A stretch of 60,107 nt of DNA, filler included, from an uncultured bacterium (GTDB lineage: Bacteria; DAOPZR01), in the NCBI GenBank assembly GCA_964637655.1. It is 2 parts of 2 records of this genome, joined end to end, with 100 filler letters (N's around TTAATTAATTAA, not from the genome) between each part and the next. Parts side by side here need not be neighbours in the genome. Positions count along the whole stretch, not along the records: positions 1 to 30,732 come from CAZWUZ010000012.1; positions 30,833 to 60,107 come from CAZWUZ010000014.1. One strand, 5' to 3'. Shown one piece after another: positions 29,278-37,408 of the stretch. The notes under the pieces were generated by a model. The model was given only the letters and a program-made list of their open reading frames with translations. It was not told the DNA's origin and searched no databases. Numbering within the stretch: the stretch's first letter is position 1; the number at the start of each line of letters is the position of its first letter. A program made the translations under genes and the position numbers.

Positions 29278-30732
29278 TCACCAGCGGTACAGCAGGCCGA
29301 CTGAGCCGCTGCGCTCCGCGTAAGCGTCCTTATCGTCACTGTAGCCGAGCGAAAGTTTGCCACCCCATTGCGGGGTAAAGTAGTGCTGCGCCGCCGCGCC
29401 CATCGACCAGCTGCGCGTGGCCGTGACCACCGTGCTCTTGCGGACGTATTCGCCGCCGTTGCTGAACCCGCCGTTCAATTCGACATAGTCATCCGCGGTC
29501 CCGGCCCAGTAATACCGGGCGATGGCGCGATTCGACACGCTCATTTGGGCGGTGGCCGGAATGAACAGGGTGCGCCAGCGCAGGTACCAGTTGCCGAGGT
29601 ATTTGCCGACCCCGACCCCGAACATATCGACATTGCTGGTGCTGCCGAAATCCATGTGGTCATAACTGGCTGACAGTTCCCACCCCTGCCCCACACCCTG
29701 AAAGAGTTCCACGCGATACGCATAGTCCGGGTAGAGCGTGGCATCGGGTGAATACTGGAAGCGCAGGTTGGCATAGGCGCGGTCCCACGCATCGACATAG
29801 GCATCAAGCGCGACAGCATTGTCGTTCTTGTTGAAACGGTTCGCCGCGAGATACTCGAAGGCGAGCGAGCCGGGGACAAATTTACGGCGGATGGAGGCGC
29901 TGTATTCGTGCCAATTGTCGCGCTCCGGTGTGAACGTACTGATCCCGTAGCCCAGTTTCGCCGACCAGGGAAACTCTTCGCTGACCACCGCGTCAGGTTC
30001 GCTGCGGGGATCAAGCGAAGCGCGGAACCGCGCCACTTCGGCGGCATCAGCGCCATGCGCGCTGGCGGCATTCAGGTCGGCGATGGCTTCCTCGCGTTTC
30101 CCCGCCGCGCGGTGCGCTTTGGCCAGCGCCAGGTACGCACGCGGTTCGGCCGGCTGCGCAACGGTCCACTGGCCATACGCGAAAGCAGCTGAATCCGGAC
30201 GGTCGCTCCACAGGTACAGGTCGCCCAGCGCCGACCAGGCATCGCCATTGCCGGGCGAGCGGTTAGTGACTGAGCGCAGGTCGACTACGGCCTCGGCGTT
30301 GCGGTCCATCCAGGTGTAGGTGCGGCCGCGGGCGAGCAGCAGATCGGAGTTGTGCGGACTCGTCGTCAGCAGTCCGGTATACAGTTGGATTGCCTCCTCG
30401 CGCTGATCCGCCTGGGCGAGCGTACGCGCCAGTTGGAACCTGGCCTCATATGATTCCGGGGCCGTGGCCACCGCCGCGCGATACTGGGCGATGGCGGCGG
30501 GATAGTCACCCTGCGTCCGGGCGGCAGCACCGGCAGTCAGCGCGGCGTTTACTTTCGCCATTCTGGCCGCTTCCGCCACGCGGGCGATCTCTGCCAGACG
30601 TGCCGCTTCCGCCACGCGGGCTGCCGCAACAGCAATGTCGCGATTATTTGCCAGGGCATCGTCGATCAACGCTGCCAGATGCGGATCCTGGATGAAGGCA
30701 CGCCAATGCACGCGGACAGAGGAAGGGACGGC
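29278..30732 (-). CDS. TPR + YaiO-family outer-membrane beta-barrel; 5' end truncated at contig end
   Basis: TPR repeats, then barrel with DAYVD, YANL, ELFQG, GVGKYLGNWYL, terminal aromatic residue (YRW); frame open to the gap. Confidence 0.8.
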   Translation of the reverse strand, partial: AVPSSVRVHWRAFIQDPHLAALIDDALANNRDIAVAAARVAEAARLAEIARVAEAARMAKVNAALTAGAAARTQGDYPAAIAQYRAAVATAPESYEARFQLARTLAQADQREEAIQLYTGLLTTSPHNSDLLLARGRTYTWMDRNAEAVVDLRSVTNRSPGNGDAWSALGDLYLWSDRPDSAAFAYGQWTVAQPAEPRAYLALAKAHRAAGKREEAIADLNAASAHGADAAEVARFRASLDPRSEPDAVVSEEFPWSAKLGYGISTFTPERDNWHEYSASIRRKFVPGSLAFEYLAANRFNKNDNAVALDAYVDAWDRAYANLRFQYSPDATLYPDYAYRVELFQGVGQGWELSASYDHMDFGSTSNVDMFGVGVGKYLGNWYLRWRTLFIPATAQMSVSNRAIARYYWAGTADDYVELNGGFSNGGEYVRKSTVVTATRSWSMGAAAQHYFTPQWGGKLSLGYSDDKDAYAERSGSVGLLYRW

Positions 30733-30832
30733 NNNNNNNNNNNNNNNNNNNNNNNNNNNNNNNNNNNNNNNNNNNNTTAATTAATTAANNNNNNNNNNNN
30801 NNNNNNNNNNNNNNNNNNNNNNNNNNNNNNNN
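30733..30832. other. Artificial contig-joining linker
   Basis: 44 N + TTAATTAATTAA (stops in all six frames) + 44 N, exactly 100 bp. Confidence 0.97.
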
Positions 30833-31211
30833 CGGCGACGCGGGCTACTCGCGGCGCGGCGATCCCATCCTGACGCACACGCAGGCGGCAGAAGGCGTGC
30901 GGGCCCGTTATGTGAAGGTCCTGCTGACCCGCGGCAGCCGTTTCTATGTGAAACATCCTGAATGGCGTTTTGTGACCTTGGCGGAAGTCAAGGTCTTTGC
31001 GGACGAATAACCCGTGCGGCGTGCGCCGCGCAAGGAGGTGATGCACACAATCCGGGTGAGCCAAAGGCAGGCGGGGCGTACCGCCCTGCTGTAGGCAGCG
31101 ATACCCGCTGAGGCCGGCAGCATACCGGCACAGGCGGCCGCACTGACCGCACGCGGCACATGGCGGGCCCTTGGCCTGTCGACAATGACATCTGTACAGA
31201 GAGAGAGAAAC

Positions 31212-32228
31212 ATGGCACGTAACACATACTGGATACTGCTGGCTTTGCTGGCAGCGCTGTGCATCCCGTCGGCGGTGTTCGCCACCACGCAGGATGCCTT
31301 GAGCGGGACGCCAATCAACAACACCTGCACGGTCGCGGCGGCAACGGTCACCGCGGTCACCGCGTCGGCGACGGGGACGGCCGTGCAGACCATCTATGGC
31401 GACACGCTGCACAAACCGACGGAAACCGCCAACGCCAATTTCGGCGAAACGGCAACGTTCATGTACACCGTGCACAACACCGGCAATATCTCGGACAGCA
31501 TCTTCGTCATGCCGATCCTGCGTTACAACGGGACGGACTCAGGGTTTGTCATCGTCGTCGGCAACGGGGTTGACGATACGCATACCACCACCGCGGCGGT
31601 GTGGAGCACGGGCGACAGCGTCTGGGTTGGCCCGATCGGGGAAGATGGTATCGGCAGATTCATCATCAACGTCGGCATCCCGAGCGCGGCAATCGGCACC
31701 ACCGGAAACGGCGACTCCATCAGCGTATTTTTCAACATCGGCCGGGTCAATGCGGTCACCACTGCCTACACGGGTGACAACGGCATCACCTACGCGGAAG
31801 CGACGCCGAACGGCGGGTCGAATACTTCGTCGGTCGACACGGTCACCATCGCGGGCGCGGTGTTCACGATGGCGAAGACCGGCACCTGCACCATCGGCGG
31901 CGCGCTGTCACCGGCACGGCCTGGTGCGACCATCGGCTACACGCTGACCTATACCAACACCGGCTCGGGCGCGGGCAGCCAGATTGTCATCTACGACATG
32001 ATCGACACGTCGGTGACGACGCTCAAGGCCTTCGCCTCGGACAGCGGCGGTTGGACGGCGGAATGGGCACCGGCACATCAAAACGATTTTGCCTATGGCG
32101 CGGCGGGTTGGACAGCGGCGGCCGGCGTGGGTGGCAATGAGGGAACGGTGAAATGGGTCCGTTTCCGTAATGCGTCGGTTGCGGCAGGTGAGTCGCGGTC
32201 GATCTACTTCTACGTGACGGTAAACTAA
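31212..32228 (+). CDS. Secreted Thr/Gly-rich beta protein with C-terminal DUF11 domain
   Basis: Signal peptide; GTPINNTCTV N-terminus; MAKT...PGATIGYTLTYTNTG....IVIYDMI DUF11 signature. Confidence 0.75.
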   Translation: MARNTYWILLALLAALCIPSAVFATTQDALSGTPINNTCTVAAATVTAVTASATGTAVQTIYGDTLHKPTETANANFGETATFMYTVHNTGNISDSIFVMPILRYNGTDSGFVIVVGNGVDDTHTTTAAVWSTGDSVWVGPIGEDGIGRFIINVGIPSAAIGTTGNGDSISVFFNIGRVNAVTTAYTGDNGITYAEATPNGGSNTSSVDTVTIAGAVFTMAKTGTCTIGGALSPARPGATIGYTLTYTNTGSGAGSQIVIYDMIDTSVTTLKAFASDSGGWTAEWAPAHQNDFAYGAAGWTAAAGVGGNEGTVKWVRFRNASVAAGESRSIYFYVTVN

Positions 32229-32714
32229 GGAGGGCATGACGGTACGGGGAGTGACGCAGTCAGGATGAATGTCTGATGCGGCGTCAGGACCGACAACCGT
32301 GATGCTTCTCCGGAGGCCGCGCGATTGCTGACAGTAAGAGGTGTAATCTGATGCTATGCGAAAGGTAGTGTAGCGCATACATAAGAACACCAAAACTGTC
32401 TGTTATGGTTCTGAGCAGTGCCGCAGCAGTGCCGAACGTGTACATACCAGTGGGCAGAGTGTAGCCCGCATGGTCAGACGTTCAGGCAGCGTGTATTTCA
32501 TCCATGATTCGAGGTACAGGCGTCACGTTCCGTGCCGGAAACCGACGGGTGAGGTGTATCCGGATGACGGAGCACGGGAGTGCTTGAACGTGATGACGGT
32601 TGAAGTCCATGCGGGGAACGTGTCGGATGGCTGAGACCATGGAGGTCGTATGCGCGTAGCGCAGACGGGGGACGGACGATGAGGCGAGGCACGGAATGAC
32701 GACGGGAGCGGTGT

Positions 32715-34166
32715 ATGCCGCGGCATAGCGGGCTGCTGACGCGACTGCTGCTCGGCACACTCCTCGTGTGCCTGCTGGCACTGGGCGGGGCGACGTCTGC
32801 CCGCGCGCTGACGCCGGTGGGCACGCTGATTTCCAGCACCTGCACACTCACCGTCGGGGCACCGGTCCCTGCGGTCTATCGCAGCGCGCCATTCGACACC
32901 GTGGTTGCCAACTGGGCGGCACTCGGACCGGACACAGCGGCGTACGGCACGGTGGGCGACACGGTCTGGCTGTTGTTCACCGCAACCAACCTGGCGGGAC
33001 GCAGTGATACCTTCACCCTCGCGGCGGTTTCGCGTGCGGGCTGGGCGGTGTCGCTGTGGACCAGTGGCGGCACGGCTCCGCTGGCGGCGCAGCACGTGCT
33101 GCTCGCACAGCAGGCACTGGCCTTCCGCGTCGCGGTCTTCCGCAGCGGCAGCGGCGGCAGCGATTCCGTTTCGGTCGGCATGACGTCGCACAGCGATGCG
33201 CAGGCCACTGATTCCGCGTCCGCTTCGGTCTACCTGCGGGGTCAGTTGTACGGCTTCGGCATCGTCGCCCCGGCGGCGGTCTATCCGGGGGTGCCGTTCA
33301 GCGTGGTCATCAGCGCGTTTGACGACAGCAGCGGGCACGTCATGGCCACGTTCGACACGAATGTGGCAGTCACCGTCGATACCGGCACGGTGACACCGGA
33401 CACGCTGGTGGCGGGCACCTGGATAGGCGGGGTGTGGACGGGGACGCTGACCATGGACGGGGCACGTGACACGGTCTACCTGGTCGTGCGCGTCGGGGCG
33501 GTGGCGGAGACGGTGGCCCTCAGGGTGGCCAACTACCGCATCGCGCTCGACAAGGCGGCCTATCAGGGACTGACTGACCTGCTCCGCATCACGGTCTGGG
33601 ACAGCCAGCAGGACACGCCGGGCATCGTCAACAGCGTTCAGGCGCAGGTGGTGTCGGACCAGAATCCGCGCGGGGTGACGGTGGCCCTGACGGAGACGGG
33701 GCTGGCGACCGGCGTCTTCGCCGGCACGCTCAACTTCACGGAAGGGCTGTCGCGGGCGGACGCCATCAGCGTGCGCAGCGGCACCAACCTGACCGTGACG
33801 TATGACCCCGATGGGAATGGCCCGGCGCCGGCAGTGACGGCGCAGGCGTCGTGGCTGGCGCTGCTCATCCAGGACCTCGACCGCGTGCGGTCGTGGCCGA
33901 ACCCGTTCCGGCCCGAACAGGACCGGGAGATCGTCATCCATAACCTGCCGTCGGACCAGAACATGACGGTGGAAATCTACAACGTCAACGCACAGCTGGT
34001 GAAGACGCTGCGCGTCGGCGCGGAAATAACCGTCACCCCGCAGGAGAATACGGCGCGGTGGGACGGGCGCAGCGGGTCAGGCAGCATGGTGGCGAGCGGA
34101 ACCTACGTCTACGTGGTGCGGTGTGGCGCAGGCACGGTCGTACGCAAGCTGACCGTGATCAGGTAG
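32715..34166 (+). CDS. Secreted Ig-like protein with C-terminal T9SS-CTD/FlgD-Ig-like domain
   Basis: WPNPFRP...VEIYNVNAQLVKTL...WDGR.GSG.MVASGTYVYVV...RKLTVIR. Confidence 0.82.
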   Translation: MPRHSGLLTRLLLGTLLVCLLALGGATSARALTPVGTLISSTCTLTVGAPVPAVYRSAPFDTVVANWAALGPDTAAYGTVGDTVWLLFTATNLAGRSDTFTLAAVSRAGWAVSLWTSGGTAPLAAQHVLLAQQALAFRVAVFRSGSGGSDSVSVGMTSHSDAQATDSASASVYLRGQLYGFGIVAPAAVYPGVPFSVVISAFDDSSGHVMATFDTNVAVTVDTGTVTPDTLVAGTWIGGVWTGTLTMDGARDTVYLVVRVGAVAETVALRVANYRIALDKAAYQGLTDLLRITVWDSQQDTPGIVNSVQAQVVSDQNPRGVTVALTETGLATGVFAGTLNFTEGLSRADAISVRSGTNLTVTYDPDGNGPAPAVTAQASWLALLIQDLDRVRSWPNPFRPEQDREIVIHNLPSDQNMTVEIYNVNAQLVKTLRVGAEITVTPQENTARWDGRSGSGSMVASGTYVYVVRCGAGTVVRKLTVIR

Positions 34167-34176
34167 GAGGCGGCAG

Positions 34177-35664
34177 ATGACACAGCATAGACGCGGCAAC
34201 CGACAACTGACCCGCCTGCTGGCAGTGGCACTCGTCGCGGTACTGGCGGGCACCACGGCGGCATGGGCGGAAAGCGACGGCACGGCCGGGGCGCAGTTCC
34301 TGCGGCTCGGGGCGGGCGCGCGGGCGGCGGCGCTCGGTGGCACCTACACGGGCATCGCCGACGACGTCTACGCCACGCACTGGAATCCCGCGGGTCTCGC
34401 GCAGCTGACGACGGCACAGGCGGCGGCGCAGCATCTCAACCAGTTCGGGGACATCACGCATCAGTACCTCGCGGTGGCTTTTCCCTACGGGCAGAAACTC
34501 ACCTTCGGGGCCGACCTGCTGGCGATGCAGGCGGATGACAACTACCGCACGGAACTGACCGACGGGGCGGCCTTCACCAACCGCGACCTCGCGCTTGGAA
34601 TCAGTGCCTCCTACCTGGTGCAGCCGCAACTGGCCTTCGGGGCGACGCTGCGCTGGCTCGATCAGGAACTGGCGACGTCACGTGCCCGCGGCTGGGCGGC
34701 GGACCTCGGCATCCTCTACCGTCCGCAGCGTGACTGGTCGTTCGGCGTGGCGATGCTCAATGCCGGGCCGGAGATCACCTTCGAGCGGCAGGGAGACGAC
34801 CTGCCGACGGTGGTGCGGCTGGGCCTCGCGCATCAGTGGTCGCCATCGCTGCTGCTGGCCACCGACGTGGTTTTCCCCAACGACGGCGACGAGTACCTGA
34901 CCGTCGGGGCGGAATACGCGTGGAACGAGCGTCTCGCCCTGCGGGCCGGGTACGAGGTCGGCACGGATTTTCACGGGCTTGACGCCCTGAGTGCCGGGCT
35001 GGCCTTCAACTGGCAGGCGATGAACGTCGACTACGCCTTTGTCCCGCGGGCGGAACTCGGCAACGTGCATCGCGTCGGGCTGAAAATCGCCTTCGACGGA
35101 CTGGGAACGCGCGACAACCCGATGCTGCTGCCGGAAGCGGCGTATATGCCGCCGGTTGCACCGCAGCCGCAGGCGGTGCCCGCACCGGCGTCGACGGTAC
35201 CGGTGCAGCGGGAAACCGCGCCGCCGCGCGTCACCGTACCCGCCCCGCCGACGCGGCCGGCACCAGCGCCGGAACCGGTGCAGACAGCACCGGTCCTGAC
35301 CGTTCCGCAACCGCCGGCACCGCGCATCCCGGTGACGGTGGAACCGGCCGCGCCGCCGGCCCCGCCGGCAGCAACGCCGCTGCCGGTACCGCCGGCAGTG
35401 GAAACGGAGCAGGCGGCGGATGCGGCCGGCCGGGTGCAGCAGCAGCGCAACCTGCCGGCGTCGTACGCGGCGCTGTACCGCCTCGGGCGGCAGCGCCTCG
35501 CGGCCGGTGATTACGCTGATGCCGTCATCGTGCTGATGGCGGCCAACGAAGTACGGTTTGAGAATTTCGAGGCGCATTACGCGCTGGCCTGTGCCTTCTA
35601 CGCGCTGGGGGATTACGCCTCCTCCGTGCGCGAACTGGACCTGGCGCGCCGCTTCCTGCAGTAG
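34177..35664 (+). CDS. PorV/PorQ-family beta-barrel with Pro-rich linker and C-terminal TPR
   Basis: GAQFLRLGAGARAAALGG.YTGIADD.YATHWNPAGL; DLGILY; LPT..RLG; DYAF..LGNVHR. Confidence 0.85.
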   Translation: MTQHRRGNRQLTRLLAVALVAVLAGTTAAWAESDGTAGAQFLRLGAGARAAALGGTYTGIADDVYATHWNPAGLAQLTTAQAAAQHLNQFGDITHQYLAVAFPYGQKLTFGADLLAMQADDNYRTELTDGAAFTNRDLALGISASYLVQPQLAFGATLRWLDQELATSRARGWAADLGILYRPQRDWSFGVAMLNAGPEITFERQGDDLPTVVRLGLAHQWSPSLLLATDVVFPNDGDEYLTVGAEYAWNERLALRAGYEVGTDFHGLDALSAGLAFNWQAMNVDYAFVPRAELGNVHRVGLKIAFDGLGTRDNPMLLPEAAYMPPVAPQPQAVPAPASTVPVQRETAPPRVTVPAPPTRPAPAPEPVQTAPVLTVPQPPAPRIPVTVEPAAPPAPPAATPLPVPPAVETEQAADAAGRVQQQRNLPASYAALYRLGRQRLAAGDYADAVIVLMAANEVRFENFEAHYALACAFYALGDYASSVRELDLARRFLQ

Positions 35665-35797
35665 CAGTACCGCGTCAGCCGGACGCCATGCCGGCTGACG
35701 ACGCGATTCTCTCTCTCAGACACCCGCCGGGGCGACGGATATCCGTCGCCCCGGTTTTCTGTACGCCCCCGGTGCACGTGCAACGCCTGCGGACGGT

Positions 35798-35936
35798 CAA
35801 CCGCAGTCGTGCAGCACGGTAAAGGCCATGCAAGCCGCCGCACACTCCTGCTGTCGTCATGCGCCGCATGACGCGCAACCGCCGTCGCACAGTACGGTGA
35901 CCGCCAGGCAAACCGCTGCACGCTCCTGCTGCCGTT
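35798..35936. repeat. Degenerate 78-bp tandem duplication, intergenic
   Basis: CAACCGCAGTCGTGCAGCACGGT...CTCCTGCTGTCGT (35798) vs CAACCGCCGTCGCACAGTACGGT...CTCCTGCTGCCGT (35876). Confidence 0.6.
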
Positions 35937-36033
35937 CTGTACAGTCCTCCGTGCCGCCGCCGTCGCGCCACCCGTCGCGGTATTGACGATGTCGGCACAG
36001 CGTGGTAAGGTCGGCGCAGGGAGACGGTGCCTG

Positions 36034-36552
36034 ATGGATGTCACGCGCATGAATCGGGAGGAACTGCTGGTTGAGGTGCAGCGTCTGCGGACGGTGTGTG
36101 AACGCCTGCTGCGCGAGGCCCGTCCCGTGCACGAAACCCTCAAAGCGGCGCTGGAGAGCGAACAGCGCCATCAGCAGGCGCTGCGCGCGCTGCAGGAATC
36201 GGAAGCCCGCTTCCGTGCGCTGACGGATGCGGCCCGGGACGCGATCTTCTGCAAGGACCGCGGCCGGTGCTATACCTTTGTCAACCCCTACATGCTGCGG
36301 CTGCTGCAGAAGACGGCGGCGGACGTGCTCGGCAGGACGCCGGAGGAAGTATACGATGCGGAAACCGCGGCAACCATCGGCGCGGTGGATGAACGCTGTT
36401 ATGCCGGTGAATCGGTCAGTGCGGTGCGTACGGTGAACGTTGGCGGGAAAACTGTCCGCCTGCATACCGTCCAGTTTCCGTTGCGCGATGGTACGGGTGC
36501 CGTTACCGGGGTCGGCGGCATCGTTCGCGACGAGGAAATCGCGGCCGAATAA
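36034..36552 (+). CDS. Stand-alone coiled-coil + PAS domain protein
   Basis: ALQESEARFRAL..AARDAIFCKD..RCYTFVNP...GVGGIVRD. Confidence 0.85.
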   Translation: MDVTRMNREELLVEVQRLRTVCERLLREARPVHETLKAALESEQRHQQALRALQESEARFRALTDAARDAIFCKDRGRCYTFVNPYMLRLLQKTAADVLGRTPEEVYDAETAATIGAVDERCYAGESVSAVRTVNVGGKTVRLHTVQFPLRDGTGAVTGVGGIVRDEEIAAE

Positions 36553-36561
36553 GTATGCGCC

Positions 36562-37071
36562 TCAGGCGCCGGCGGCTTTCGCCGCGGCGAGTACCGGCGC
36601 ATAGTCGGGTTCCGCCGACACTTCCGGAACCAGCTGCCGGTACAGCACCTTCCCGTCTTTCCCGATAACCAGCACCGCGCGTGCGAGCAGCGCCAGTTCC
36701 TTGAGCACCAGCCCGTACTTCATGCCGAACTCGCGCTCGCGGTAATCGGAGAGCATGACGAGATTGCTGACGCTGAACGAGTCGCAGAAGCGCGCGTGGG
36801 CGAACGGCAGGTCGCAGGAGATGGTGATGATTGTCGCCTGCAGGGCCTGCGCTTCCTGGTTGAACTTCTGCGTCTGCACCTGGCAGACGGGGGTGTCGAG
36901 CGACGGCACGCTGCTGATAACGACCACCTGCCCGCGGAAATCCGAGAGTTTCACCGGCTGCATCGTTTTGCCGGTCGCGGTGAACTCGGGGGCGCTCTCC
37001 CCGACCTTGAGGTCGGTGCCGATGAGCGTCAGCGGCCCGCCCTTGAACGTTACCAGTCCGGTGCGTTCCAT
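36562..37071 (-). CDS. tpx: Thiol peroxidase (Tpx)
   Basis: VPSLDTPVC, SCDLPFAHARFC, LLARAV. Confidence 0.95.
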   Translation of the reverse strand: MERTGLVTFKGGPLTLIGTDLKVGESAPEFTATGKTMQPVKLSDFRGQVVVISSVPSLDTPVCQVQTQKFNQEAQALQATIITISCDLPFAHARFCDSFSVSNLVMLSDYREREFGMKYGLVLKELALLARAVLVIGKDGKVLYRQLVPEVSAEPDYAPVLAAAKAAGA

Positions 37072-37089
37072 TGGTATCCTCCGGGAGTG

Positions 37090-37248
37090 TCAGATTTCGT
37101 CGAAGTCAAACCCTTCGCTGGGCGGGGCGCTTTCGCCCATGGCGGCCAGGCGCTTGCGTTCCTGCTTGCGCAGTTCCTTCTCTTCCCGCCGTTTCTGTTT
37201 CGTCAATTCCCGCTGCCGTTTCTTCCCGTTGTAATTCGGCCGTGCCAT
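37090..37248 (-). CDS. Small basic protein
   Basis: MARPNYNGKKRQRELTKQKRREEK; ATG at 37248 with GGAG RBS. Confidence 0.65.
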   Translation of the reverse strand: MARPNYNGKKRQRELTKQKRREEKELRKQERKRLAAMGESAPPSEGFDFDEI

Positions 37249-37408
37249 TACCGCTCCCGTACCGCCACGATGACGGCCGCACACGCGGCCGCAGTCCTGC
37301 AGTCCGGAACACGAGGCGCCGAAAGACAGAACAATACAATACGTATAGCATATTTCTCCGCTGTGAGGAAACCTTGACGTCGTGCGGGTGGGCAGGTACA
37401 CTGCGGCC

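Noticed and set aside
30733-30832. TTAATTAATTAA palindrome as a biological site; linkage of left and right halves
   Set aside because: Symmetric 100-bp artificial linker; genes on either side cannot be treated as neighbours
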